A stretch of 64,000 bases of DNA. Source: Negaprion brevirostris. Taxonomy: Eukaryota. Where the stretch lies: positions 13,067,854 through 13,131,853 of the forward strand of contig JARDVH010000137.1 of NCBI GenBank assembly GCA_030324005.1, written 5' to 3'. Both the position numbers and the translations under genes were made by a program. Shown piece by piece: positions 1-13,311 of this stretch; position 1 is the first letter of the stretch, and the number at the start of each line of letters is the position of its first letter. Below the pieces are notes generated by a model. That model ran no database searches. It had not been told where the DNA came from and saw nothing but the letters and a program-made list of their open reading frames with translations.

Positions 1-335
1 ATGACTCAGTGGGTGAAACTTTGCCAAATGGAATTTAACGTGGGGAAGTGTGAGGTCATGCACATTCGTATGAGGAATCAAAAGGCAGATTATTATCTAC
101 ATGAAGAGACTGCAAGTAAGTGAAGTAGAGAGAGATCTAGGTGTTCTCATGCCTGAATTGCAAAAAACTAGCAAGCAAGTTCAACAAGTTGTTAATAAGG
201 CAAACAGCATTTTGGCCTTTATTGCAAAGGGGTTGGAGTTTAAAGATAGGGAGGTTTTGTTGTAATCAATTGGAGGTTGGTGAGGCCTCACCTGGAATAC
301 TGCATACAATTTTAATCTCCTTACTTTAAAAAGAA
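1..335 (+). mobile_element. CR1-clade LINE ORF2 C-terminal fragment (decayed)
   Basis: Translates to MEFNVGKCEVMH...ERDLGVL...RPHLEY, typical of the CR1 ORF2 end, with frameshifts. Confidence 0.85.
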
Positions 336-344
336 TGGAAAGAT

Positions 345-1145
345 AGAAGATAGGAGCAGGAGGAGGCCATCTGGCCCTTCGAGCCTGCTCCGCCATTCAT
401 TATGATCTTGGCTAATTGTCCAACTCAATAGCCTAATCCGGCCTTTTCCCCATAACCTTTGATCCCATTCGCCCCAAGTAGAATATCTAGCTGCCTCTTG
501 AATAAATACAATGTTTTGGCATCAACTACTTTCTGTGGTAATGAATTCCACAGGTTCCCCACTCTCTGGGGGAAGAAATGTCTCCTNNNNNNNNNNNNNN
601 NNNNNNNNNNNNNNNNNNNNNNNNNNNNNNNNNNNNNNNNNNNNNNNNNNNNNNNNNNNNNNNNNNNNNNNNNNNNNNNNNNNNNNGGGAAGAAATGTCT
701 CCTTACCTCTGTGCTAAATGGTCTACCCTGAATCCTCAGACTGTGACCCCTGGTTCTGGACTCCCCCACTATTGGGAACATCCTTACTGCATCTACCCTG
801 TCTAGTCCTGTTAGAATTTTATAAGTCTATATGAGATACCCCCTCATTCATCTGAACTCCACTGAAAACGATCCTAACCTAGTCAATTTCTCCTCATAGA
901 TCAGTCCCGCCATCCCTGGAATCAGTCTGATAAACCTTCGCTGCACTCCTCGACAACAGGAACATCCTTTCTCAGAAAAGGAGACCAAAACTGCACACAG
1001 TACTCTAGGTATTGCCTCACCAAGGCCCTGTATGATTGCAACAATACATCCTTGTTCCCGTACTCAAAACCTCATGCAATGAAGGCCAAAATACCATTTG
1101 CCTTCTTTACCAACTGCTGCACCTACAGGCTTATCTTCAGTGACC
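345..1145 (-). mobile_element. CR1/HER1-like LINE 3' portion with tail, nested in the + strand CR1
   Basis: ORF 425..781 (TRGHSLRI...FFPQRVGNLWNSLP) plus the shared SINE/LINE 3' tail. Confidence 0.88.
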
Positions 1146-1184
1146 CAGGTCCTGCTGCACACACCCCTCTCCCAATTTATAGCC

Positions 1185-1700
1185 ATATAGGATTGGATAA
1201 CATTGGAGATAATCCAAAGGAGATTCACCAGTTAATTCCTTGGATGAGGGGGTTGTCCTTTCAAGAGAGACTAAATAGTCTGGGTCTGTTTTGTTGGAGT
1301 TTAGAAGAGTGAGGAGTGGCCTTATTCAAACGTGCAAGATCATGAGGGGGCTTGACAAGGTAAATGGTGAGATGTTTTCGCTAATGGGAGAGTCTCAAAG
1401 ATATCTACAAAATAAAGGACCGGTCATTGAAAACATAGAAATTTCTTCGCACAGAGGCTGGTGAATCTCTGGAATTCTCTGTCCCAAATGATAGTGGAAA
1501 TTGAATCTTCAGAAGTATTTAAAGTGGAGGTGGATAAGTATTTGACGGATCAAGGAAGAGAGGGCTATGGGTAAATGGCACAGAAAAGATGCAGAAAAGG
1601 AGTTGAGACTGAAATAAATCAGATTGTATTGAGTGGTGGGACAGGCTTGAAGGGCCTGATGGCCTAGTCCTGCCTCCATTTCTTGAATTCTTGTGTGTGC
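1185..1700 (+). mobile_element. CR1-clade LINE 3' end (continuation of 1-335)
   Basis: QRRFT...GLSFQERLNSLGLF..LE, RLVNLWNSL, then 3' tail. Confidence 0.85.
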
Positions 1701-2154
1701 TGACCAATAAGTAGCTTCAGGACATGCTACTAGAGCAGGGATGGACTTGCCTGTGACTTTTTCCTGGGGGGCAGGAACCCCAGCAGATCATAACATCTCA
1801 GTCATTTTCTATAGTTGGAGTGATGCATTTAATTATTTGCTTACTTGATGCACTTTATCCATTCATCTTTTTCCTCTGGAGTTGGTGCAGATATCCTGTA
1901 AACTGTGTGACTTCCTTCTACCACTCGTCCATCAGCCTCAGTCTTGCAGGCTTTAATAAACTGGTCTTTGTTATCTGGAATATAGAGCTCAAAGCAATTC
2001 TGAAATTCAAAATAATAAGGATTACAAAACCATGGCTAATAAAATTTGCAATCAATAATCTGCTTGTGAAAAACCATATATTTTATGAATTAAAAGTATT
2101 CTCTATTATTTTCCAACTTACTGAAATAGGCATTGAATTGTTTCAAGCAATTAC

Positions 2155-2380
2155 CATAGAATCCTACGGTGTAGAAGGAGGCCATTCACCCATCGAGTCT
2201 GCACCGACCACAAGCCCATCCCCATAACCCCCTGCATTTACCCTAGCTAGTCCCCTGACACCAAGGGGCAATTTAGTATGGCCAATCCACCTAACCGACA
2301 CATCTTTGGACCATGGCAGGAAACTGGAGGACCCAGAGAAAACCACACAGGCATGGGGAGAGTGTGCAATCTCCACACAG
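2155..2380 (-). mobile_element. HE1-like SINE, 5'-truncated
   Basis: Reverse complement of the shark SINE body (tccaaagatgtg..gttaggtggattggccat) and tail. Confidence 0.8.
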
Positions 2381-2399
2381 ATTATAATTAAAATAACCA

Positions 2400-3850
2400 A
2401 AGGTTGGATCTTTAAGGAGATCTTTCTCGGTGCTCAGCAGAAATATATTCCAATTGTGAAGAAGGAACATGAGAGAAGGGATAATCAGCCGTGGTTATCG
2501 AAGGAGAGTATTAAATTAAAAGCTGATGTGTTTAGAGTGGCTAAAAGTAGTGGGCGAGTAGAAGATTGGGAGAGATTTAAAAATCAACAAAGAATGACGA
2601 AGAAGTTGATAAAGGAAGGATAGACTATGAAGCTAAACTAGCACTAAATATAAAAAAGGATAGTAAGAGTTTTTATAAATATATAAANNNNNNNNNNNNN
2701 NNNNNNNNNNNNNNNNNNNNNNNNNNNNNNNNNNNNNNNNAGCGCGTTCCAGATTGCTACTACCCTCCCAGTGAAAAGGTTTTTCCTCAAATCCATTATA
2801 AATCCCCTGCCCCTTATCTTAAATCTGTACACCCTGATTATTGACACCCGCTCTCCCCTCAGCCTTCTCTGCTCTAAGGAAAACAATCCCAGCCTAACCA
2901 ATCTCTCTTCATAGGTGAAACACTCCAATCCAGCAACATCGTGAGGAATCTCTTCTGGTCTCTTTAAAATAAAATTACATCTTTCCTATAGTGTGGCATC
3001 CAGAATTGCATACAGTACTCTAGCTGTGGCCAAACAAATGTTTTATACAGCTCCATTATAATCTTCCTGTTCTTATGTTCAATGCCTCTGCTAAGAAAGG
3101 CAAATATCNNNNNNNNNNTGTCCTCTTAATGATCATAGCCACCTGTCCTGCCTTCAGAAATCTATGAATATGCAGTCCCTTCAGTCCTCAGTATTTCCAA
3201 GCATCCTACCATTCATTGTGTATTGCCTTGCCTTGTACTTTTGGGGGATTAACACCACCTCACACTTTTCAGGTGAAAACCTTGCAGTTTACTGGATTGT
3301 ATCAATGAATTGTTTTATCTGTTGGAGCTGTCAATCAGAGCAGTTCAAAATGGCTGTACTATACCCTAAGGCATTCTACAAATGTGTGAAAAGGATGAGA
3401 TGTGAAGGAATAGGAACTATAAAATGTGAAGGTGGGAAAGTTTGTACAGAACTGTTAGAAATAGCAGAAGCGCTTAATGAATACTTTACCTCGGTATTCA
3501 GGTGGAAAAAGATCTGGGTGGTTGTACTGCAGGCTTGCGGCGGACTGATAAGATTGAGCATGTGGACATTAAGAAAGAGGATATGTTGGAAATTTTGAAT
3601 AGCATCAAGATAGATAAGTCTCCAGGACCAGATGGGATGTACCCCAGGTTACAGTGGGAGGCGAGGGAAGAAGAGATTGTAGAACCTCTGGCGATGATCT
3701 TTGCATCATTCATGGAGACGGGAGACGTTCCGGAGGATCGCAGATGTGGTTCCTATATTCAAGAAAGGAAATAGGGATAGCCCAGGAAATTACCGACCAG
3801 TGAATCTAACCTCAGTGGTTGGTAAGTTGATGGAGAAGATTCTGAGGGTG
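2400..3850. mobile_element. Cluster of CR1 ORF2 fragments (+ 2400-2690, - 2740-3270, + 3370-3850)
   Basis: ORFs with QKYIP..QPWLSKE, YEERLVRLGLFSLEQRRLRG, IKIDKSPGPDGMYPRL..EIVEPLAMIF. Confidence 0.85.
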
Positions 3851-4664
3851 GGGATATCATCGGCGCAACTTGTGGGCTGAAGAGCCTGTTTGTGCTGTTG
3901 TTTTTCTATGTCCGATGTTCTATACTTGCTGCTCATTCAGGCAAAAAACAATATGAGTGAAAGTGACATCTCAAAGGAATCTCACACATATGGCTTTTGA
4001 GAGGTAGTAAGGGCAATCACAGAACAGAGTACTGCTGGAGCAGCCAGCCTCAAACCCAGTGATAATCGGTAAGTTACATTTAGAGCACTTTCACCATGGA
4101 AACCTGGAAACCTCATTGAGGCTGGTGGGGTGTGCCTGGAAAATCGCAATGGGCTTGATACTGGACAGGATTCTAGTTTTGACCTTGATGTCCAATTCAA
4201 CAGACCATCACGATTCCCACCAGGGGTTAGCAGCCCTGGATTAATCATCACCATGATCTCCCCTAACAAAGCCTTGCTGACTATCTCTGATTAATCCTTG
4301 TCTCTCCCAAGTGGAAATTAATTCTATCCCTCAGAATTCTTTTTTTCCAATAATTTCCCTACCACTGGTGTTTCACTCACCTTGTTTATCCCTACTTCTC
4401 GACTTGATAGCCAGCTTGGACACGAGGGGCTGAATAGTCCTCTTCTGTGTTGTAACAAATCTATAATTCTGCTCATATCTAGTTACTTATCCAGATCAAG
4501 TCAGCATACTTGGATGTTTATAATTCTAGCTTCCAGCAGGATGGTTTAATGGACATAATTTTTGTCTTGTGTTTATACTGAATTTATTTTGTAGCGTGGG
4601 GGAATTGGTGGAGCAGGGCTGGGAGAATGTTTATATTACGTGTGTAAGTCATTCTTGATTCATT

Positions 4665-5100
4665 AGCATTCTTCCTCTGAATTACAAGGTTTTGGTTTNN
4701 NNNNNNNNNNNNNNNNNNNNNNNNNNNNNNNNNNNNNNNNNNNNNNNNNNNNNNNNNNNNNNNNNNNNNNNNNNNNNNNNNNNNNNNNNNNNNNNNNNCT
4801 TCCTCTGAATTACAAGGTTTTGGTTTCAAGTCCCATTCCAGGTCCTCAGCACAAAAAGCAAGACTGCTACTCCAGTGTTGCAACACTGAGACAGTATTGC
4901 ACTTTCAGAGGTACCTTCTTTTGAATGAGGTGCCCTATCAGCACCATTTTGAAGGGCAGTTATCCTTGGTTTCCTGGCAAATATCTATTCCATACAAACT
5001 GGTGAACACATTTCTTGCATTACAACAGTGACTACACTTCAAAAGCATTTCACTGGCTCTCACTGCTTTGTACAGATGTACAGTCATCCTAATATAAAGC
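4665..5100 (+). mobile_element. Old Deu-domain-type SINE (SacSINE1/AmnSINE-like)
   Basis: ttcaagtcccattccag...actccagtg..cactgag..gcactttcagaggt..ttttgaatgag resembles the DeuSINE core. Confidence 0.6.
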
Positions 5101-5496
5101 AAATTTTCCTTTGTTTTCTTTTTTAACAATTCTGCCTTATTACAAGTCATTACAAGCCAATCAACAAAATAAGCCATGGCAGCAAGCAGAGAGGCTTAAG
5201 CCCTGAACATTGTCTCCATTGAAATGTCTATCAAGCTACTTTGAGAGAAATGGTGACTTCTCCCTTTTAAATGAGACATTAAAAAAAATTGCAGTTACTA
5301 TATTTTAGATCTGCATTACTACAATATTAGCCGTATTTTGCTTACATCACAAGTCATTTAAACATTCTCTTCTAGAAAACATTGACACATCAGATAACAC
5401 TAGTAATCTAACATAGAAAATTGGTAGTTAATATATGTAAATACATTTTGGATAATAAAGTAATATTGTGAATGTCAGAATTTCTGATCAACTCAC

Positions 5497-5568
5497 TGGC
5501 TTTTTGGAGTCCTCTACTTCACGTATGCTAAGGTTTTCAAGAGGAATTATACCTCTGGGTTCTTTGTC
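5497..5568 (-). CDS. CYTH1: Cytohesin exon (72 nt), PH domain: [24 protein letters not shown]
   Basis: ttctttcacag|GAC AAA GAA...AAG CCA|gtgagt; phase 0 to 0. Confidence 0.96.
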
Positions 5569-5714
5569 CTGTGAAAGAACAATTATTTTACAGCAAAACG
5601 AATGAATACATAACTTAAATATGAATGCAACTACATCAGAGAATAAATAACATTTCTTGCATTTTTAAGATTTGAGAAAATAATAATGGTCTTTCAACAG
5701 TTTCTATGAACCAA

Positions 5715-6025
5715 GGCAACACAGTCCTTAGCACTGCTGTTGCATAGCGCGAGGGACCTGGGTTCAATTCTGGCCTCAGATGACTGTGTGGAGTTTGCAT
5801 TTTCTCACTGTGTCTGCATGGGTTTCCTGTGAGTGATCTGGTTTCTTACCACAGTCCAAAGATTTGAGGGTTAGGTTGATTGGCCATGCTTAATTGCCCC
5901 TTAGTGTTAGAGACATAAGCGAGGTAATTACGTGGTGTTCCAGGATAGGGCCTAGCTGAGATTGTTATCGGTGCAAGCTCGATGTGCCAACTGGCCTCTT
6001 CTGCACTAGGGATTCCATGAAAAGA
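5715..6025 (+). mobile_element. HE1-like tRNA-derived SINE
   Basis: Pol III-type head (ttagcactgctg..ggttcaattc), tgtgtggagtttgca core, LINE-like tail. Confidence 0.85.
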
Positions 6026-6084
6026 TAAAACATGGGACAGTAATTGCTGGGCTGCTACTATGTTCATCCTTCTGATATTATGGG

Positions 6085-6432
6085 GAGGCAGTGGCGTAGT
6101 GGTATTGTCACTGGATTAGTAATCCAGAGACCACGGGCAAGATCTGAGGACTGGGGTTCAAATCGCACCACTGCAGATGGTGGTATCTGAATTCAGTAAA
6201 AGTCTGGAATTAAAAGTCTAATGATCACCATAGAATCATTGTTGATTGTTGTTAAAAACTCACTAATGTCCTTTAGGGAAGGAAAGCTACCATCCTTACC
6301 TAGTTTGGCCTACATGTGACTCCAGATCTACAGCAATGTGGTTGACTTTCAAATGCCCTCTGAAATGGGGGGCAGTTAGAGATGGGCAATAAATGCTACC
6401 CAGCGATACCCACATCCCGTAAACGAATAATA
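6085..6432 (+). mobile_element. Second tRNA-derived SINE family copy
   Basis: ggcagtggcgtagtggtattgtcactggattagtaatccagag...gggttcaaatc; homologous to 55225-55580. Confidence 0.8.
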
Positions 6433-7560
6433 AAGAGGTCACAGTCTTAGAAGGAGACCTCCAGTCAACCTATGAAATGTTGAGGTTTTGGTGGTGAGGT
6501 GTGCATTGGAAGTATGGAAGGGAAAATAGGTTTTGCATTTGCATAGAAAAAGTTGGCTAACTTAATTTATATCTGCAGATGATTTCTCCATTATTCCATA
6601 ATCTTGCAAAATCTGCCAAGGTTTTCAAGACATTTTCAGGCAAAGTAGTTTACACTAACAAAAGGAGATCCTCTCTTACAGAGGAATTCAAACACAGCTA
6701 TAAATTAAAAAAAAAACTTTCACCAATGTCTCAGAGTCTTAATCACCCAAGGGTGGTAGCTACTCACAACACTATAGAAGTTACATAAATCTATTTCAGA
6801 AATTAATAAAATAAAAGCACCAAACCTGCTGACAATTTGAAGGCATCAACAGCAGTATGTTACTTTCAGCCAACGGTTCTGGTCTAATGCAAGTCCCAAA
6901 CATTATGCCTGGCCTTTGACAAGGTGTATACATTTCTGGAGTTGACAAGTGCAATAAAATTTCCCAACAAAGCCAGCAACCTCATTTTTTCAGCTCCATT
7001 CTGAAAACTGCCCCTTGATCTGACTGCCTGCCCACAACCGATACTGATCCATCATCATGGTCATTCCCTCCTCCACTCATATCTGTCAACTCCATTCCAC
7101 TGCTGCCTGATCCTCAACTGTCCAAAACAAAGCCTGAAAGGTAATCGCCAACCCCCTCCCCACACCCACCATTGCAACCGATGCCAAACCTTTTATCATG
7201 CTTGCCAGGAAGCATCCCCCAATGGTCCCTGGCTGCAGTGTCCTACTACTAGTCTTTCATCTGGCAAATGCCCAACCTGTTAATTTGACCAGCTGCAAGC
7301 AGAGAAAAAAGAAGCAAAACTTCTAAACTTAATGGCATTTGGCCTCAGTTACATTTGGGAGGTGCAAAGCTTTGCACCTTCATCCCTGGACTGCACTTCC
7401 ACAGTAGCTAAGGTATGCATTAGTACAAAACTTGAAAAAAATCAGGAAAATAAAAATACAAGAAAAATACCCAAGTATTCATCCTTTCTTTTGGAAAAGG
7501 AGCGCAATTTAAATAAAAGATTAATGACAATTATGAAAAATAGAAATTGGCCTAACTTAC

Positions 7561-7637
7561 CGTGGTGTATTCAAAGTAGTACAAGCAGTTGTCAGTCAAA
7601 ATAAACCAACGTCGCTTCCATGTTTTGACTCTTCCAC
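7561..7637 (-). CDS. CYTH1: Cytohesin exon (77 nt), PH domain: [26 protein letters not shown]
   Basis: ctacag|GT GGA AGA...ACC ACG|gtaagt; in ORF 7552..7773. Confidence 0.97.
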
Positions 7638-10600
7638 CTGTAGTTTGACAAATGTGCATTTGGCAGAAAGAAAATAGAGAAAAAAACTCAAAAGGTTCAC
7701 AAATTGTCATTAAGCTTAAGGCACAGCATAGCCTTTTGATTGTGTCTGGCTCCATATAGTGTAGCAATGTCATTTATTCAATCCCAAAATTCTGCATGTA
7801 ATTGTGCCAATATCTCCAATTAAAAGAGTTTGTTATCTTTGAATCATTATTGGCTTCCAAAATTGTGAAGAATGTTGTGGAAGACGCGGAGCAGAAAGAA
7901 TGACACAAAAAAGGCAATGCTTGGAGATGATAGCATAGAATGAGGTAGCATGTTTTGTATCCAAGTATGACAATACATGTCATCCATAGGATATCAGTTT
8001 GAATGCCAAAGGCGCTTCTATAATACTGTTTCTAGAAAAAGGTAAATCAAAACTATCATAAAGAGAAGACAAAAAACGAAAATATGAGCTGCAAAGAATG
8101 AATTAATGGATAGGAACGTGGTTAATGAAAAATGATAATTGCAGAGCATGTCAAAGATCCTCTGGTTTTCGCCTTCTGAATGTACATTTGTACTGTCTAT
8201 TTTAATATCTTGTATTGCACATGACTAAATCAGTTGAAAGACCATTTTGGATGAACAAAACTAGAGAATTAATATTTTACTGCTTACAATCCCCATCACT
8301 GGCTGCATGTTTATCTGTACATTTAATATCAGAGTGAAGGAATAGTTATTATGCCGTAAGATTTGACCATTTTAAAAAAATACTATATTTTAAAAATACT
8401 AAAATAATGAAGGAAGGAAATGACCTCTTTTCACGCCTTTGCGTTTGTATGCCTGAGACCCAGTGGAAATCAAAATTTATTTCATTAGTTCTTAGCTGAG
8501 TTCCACTTCAAGTCCATGATGTGAGAGAATATGAGGTGATCCAGGGCAATCATCTGTTGTACCTACTGGGGCAGGATGGCATGAAGGGATTGTTTGGAAA
8601 TAGTATGTAGAAAATAAATATAGGAAAACTGAGGCACAGTAATTTTAAAAAATTAAATATCTACTGATATTGCAGATGATCCAACAATTGGTCTTGATGT
8701 CAACATGATTCAAATACACCAGTTTCAGATGATTACTAAGATAATTCAATGTTAATTTCCTGCAACAAGGCACATGAATAAGTGTCTCTGGATCAGTCAT
8801 ATCCCAATACAAACAAATTTTTTGCACATTATATCATGACACAACATTCTTCAACACTATTCAGATTGTTTCATGTGTCAGTTTGAAAGAAAGCTAGTAA
8901 GGTAAAACTGAAATTTCCAAGAGGCAAATTCAAATGAAATTCTTGATTAAGTATTTGTTAGAACTCTTGTTATTTGAATTCAGGGAAATTAATTTTAAAA
9001 GTTTATGCATTATATCACAGACTAGACCAAAATCAAGACTGCATTACAATGACAGTGCTGTAAAAATGGGGTGTTGGGAATACTTACGATTTTTATAATT
9101 TTTTAATGTAACTAATTATTTCTTGAAATATTTGAGCAGGATCAAATGTCAAGAATTCAGTCAGTCCCACCTCTGTCTCTGAGAGTTCTACAAAGGGTTT
9201 CTGTCTATTCTCAATATAAAAGCATGTACAGCTATTAGCAGTTTAAAAATAATCCAGTCGTCAGAGCTTGTCTCTTGGAATTGTTCAGAAAGGAAATTCC
9301 TAGTTTTAATGAAAACGTTGCCTGATCTACACAAGAGCTGGTGACCATCTGGGAAATGGGTTGGGTAACAGGGAATATATGTAACCATCTTAGATTTTGT
9401 TCCTTTTCCACTAAAAAGCTAGTTCATCATTTGAGCATCAGAGCTAAAAAAGCAGCAAATTCAAGATGCACCAGAATTTCCTACAATGGATGGATAGTTT
9501 TTTGTGATAGGTCATCAAAGTTTTCTCTCTCCATTAAGTAATATTGGAATTATTAAGGTTAATGAACTAGTATTTCCTTTCATATAACAAAAAGGAGCAA
9601 GAACTTTTCTTGCATACTTCTAAAATCCAGCAACACAATGCCAATACATTTTATTCTTCTACACCTACTGCCCAGTTTAAAAACAATAAACATTATTGTT
9701 TTAATGACACAGAAGTACACGTGGCATGTGAGTTTGCACTATCTTCTACACAATGAATTCTTAGTTGCAAACGGGTTATCTATCTGTATGAAACAGTGGA
9801 TGCAAATGAAACACTACATCACATAAAAGGTGCGATAACCCACAATAATCTCACCATCTTTTAAGTATTTGGGGATACCCAAGAATAACTCATTCTAAAA
9901 TGTTGTATAAAAAGAAGAGTAAATACTATAACGAGGTACCAAATACATCCAAATTCTTGATTTGGTCAAATTAGTAGATCTTGCAACACTGTAGGCAATA
10001 TCTGCCTGCATTTACAAAATATTTTTAAAAATTGTTAACCTTTAAAGAGGGTAACCTATGATTTTTGCATTTCTTCCTTTGCAAATGTTCTGCTAAGACA
10101 CATGGCTCATTGTTTCTGAAACAGAAAGAATGGAATGGAATGGACACCACTTCCAGACAACCATAAGTTGTGCTTCCAGTTAGTCTCCAGGTAAGCTGAT
10201 ATCAATTGTCCTTCCATTGGATCTCACCAGGCAGAGTACAGAGTTAAGACTGGGGGATTGAACGTGTGTGTCTCAAAGCACAGCAGTACACTTGTGCTCC
10301 AATTTGCATCCCCATAGTACCATGTGAATGGAGACACACTTTAAAATTGTACTTAGACTGCAAAAAAATGAAATACAGATAATGAATGTTTTGTATATAG
10401 CTGAAACATAATATTGCAATAAAGACCATGACGACTACTAATGCAGTTAATCAAAAATTGGTTTTTTTTGTTGTTTTGTAGTGTCAGGTCTGGTTTAACT
10501 CCACCCAGTTAATCTAACTCTCATTAGAAAATATAGATGTGACAAATGTATAATGCTGCCAGAAAGAAAACTTAAGCAGTTTACTAAAAGTCTATTGAAA

Positions 10601-13311
10601 GAAAATAGTTTTTCATCAATTTAATATTTCTGCACTTTTTCTGAAGCAATACTCAACTGCTGCATATAAAAGAAAATTCAAATACTTTACAGACAACTGA
10701 TGCTATCCATCCACTATAGTTAAAAAATGTTGCTGGCTGATGCCTCAAGCCACAATGAATTTCAGCTATTTTGTAAAAGAGAAAATATGGAATTTTTACA
10801 TTTGTGTTTGTAAATATAGATCTTACATTGAAAACTGGCATAAAAAAAACTTTCATAATACTTTCTGGCTTTTTGTTTTGAAAATTAGTACTGTTGCAGG
10901 AAGTGACAGATATATTTTAAGCTTGAAATTTTATAAGGCGCACTACTGATCTCTACTAAGCTGCCTTCGGAGACACCAAGTGGACAGCAGGAAAAAGTGA
11001 AAAATCAACAAATAGAATTGATCCATTCTGTAACTATTAAGTAGCAGAATACTGCCAGAGCTGAGACCAAATCACTTACCACCCGTTGGGCTGAGACAAG
11101 TTTGTGTTATGTGGGTCTTTAAACATGAAAATGATTTTATAAGGTGATGGTGAAAATATTTCAAATTTTAAAGTGAACAAGTGTAATTATGTTTGTATAG
11201 TTGAAGAAAAAAAATGAATGGCTTATGATGTCCACCAATTGCACTGAATTGCATACCTTTAGCACATTTATGGTTGTAAAGAAAAGTGTGGAATGTTTGA
11301 TATATTAAGTTTTTTTGTCTGCAAAAAACATACCAGATCAACAAAATGATTTTGTAATTACACAATTAAANNNNNNNNNNTGGCACTGCCATTGCAAACT
11401 ATTTCAAAGGAAAATTAATTCTGAGATGAACATTTTGTTGAAAGTCCAGGCTCATAAAACCATGATACAACTGGGAAATTTGTATCTGCATCTATAAGCA
11501 CAGTTTTCTAGCAATCAGCAGCATGAGAATGGTTGTCAGGCTAATTTGCCCACTGCACAATAGACAACTCATGAATGATAGAGCTATGCAAGATATTGTT
11601 GGAGCAGCCTAGTAATGACATGTCTCAAGATCTTCCATGCTAGGAATGAATTAATGTTCTGATCATCAAAGAGAATAACTGCAGGATGTTTAAAATCCAA
11701 AAAGAGCCATTTGATGAAAACAAAATCTTTGAAAATAATGAATGCTGAATAAAAAGCAAAAAAAACTAGTGGTTAGAGTTCATTTTGTATTTTAATTGGT
11801 GTAAATTTAAATTATATTTAAGTTGCATGACATAGCTGCAGAGTACTTGAATATTTTATTTTGCTAAAATATGTATGCATACATCAATCAGAAACATTTG
11901 TGGATCACCAATTTTGGGAGGAATACTCAACCAAAAGAAGCATGAGATTAATACAAATCTTTTCAAATGGAAGATTTTCCTTTGCCCAGCAAAAAAAATG
12001 AGCACTCATGCTTAAGGTAACAAAAAAAAAATCAGATTAATACGTAATTGTGGGTTTTTAAATTCTGGTGCAGTTTAAATCATTTATATTCATAGTGTCA
12101 CAGCACAGAAAATAGCAATTCAGCCCATAAAGTCACTGCTGGCTCCTTGAAAGAGTAATACAATTAGTTTTTTCTCCCTTTTTCAAATTTTTCTCTCTAT
12201 TCTGTTTTGTTCTTGGGACTTGGGCAATGCTGCATTACTTGCCTCTACTCATTTACCCTAATACAGTGATGTTGAATCTTCTCTTTAAAGCCCCTGCAAT
12301 CCTTTTGGTAAAGCTGTTCTCACAATTTTGTTAAGTCTTAATTTCTAGGATATTGACCCCATGACAGCGAAGGGATGACATGTGTGTGTTAGGATGGTGA
12401 ATGCTTTGGAGGGGAACTTGGATATTAATATTAATGTCCTGGACTAACTTAGCAATTAAAAATACAAGATAATGATCAAAAAAGATATAAACTAAATTTT
12501 GGTATATATTATTTTTAAAATCACCCACAGATAATTGACTAGTGGACACAAACTGAAAAAAAAATTCCTATAAAGCAAGATTCTTGGCTCACTGGAAAGA
12601 TATGGAATCTGATCCAATTTCTGCGTCACATTCTTAGTCCTCTTAAAAGTGAATACATATAGTTTGCCTCATACTCCTGTACAAAAGCCCTATTTTAATT
12701 TCAAGAGTCAAGCTTTCATTTTATCATACAGTTGTAAAATTAACCTTTACAACTACAGGCACCAGGTATTTCCACTTCTGAAACACTTCTTTTAATCTGC
12801 AGAACATTTAGGATGTGAAAATCAGTGGGGCAGTGCAAAAACAACTGTCGCTGTAAAACGAAAGGCAACAATTTGATCCCCAAATAAAGCAACACTGCAA
12901 TACAGTGGAAAACACCTAAATGCGTAATACTAATGCAAACATTTGTTGTGCTTTTTGTTACATTATTGTATAAATAGATACAGTGCAAAATGTGGGATAG
13001 ATGATATATTTGCACTTTAAAAAATAATAGCAACTAATTGAGATAAAAAGCACATATATACCAACCATAATCACTATTTTTGGGATCCGACTTGGAACAA
13101 TTAGCATATGAAAATTTGCTTTCTTAAAGAGTGTACGCCTAGAAAGTTATGTATTTAGGAGTGGTCCACTGTATTGCTACCCATAAGCTCACACATAGCA
13201 AATAGCTAACAAACACCCGCTAATGAAAGCAGCACGCCTCTACCACCAGCTGTAAGACAAAGACCAGCAGCACCCTGGGCACAATTAGCTACATGTCAGT
13301 ATGGTACATAC

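Noticed and set aside
568-705. Direct repeats flanking 100-N gaps (also 4670-4827 and 23885-24059)
   Set aside because: Near-identical sequence on both sides of fixed-length gaps indicates unmerged contig overlaps, an assembly artefact.
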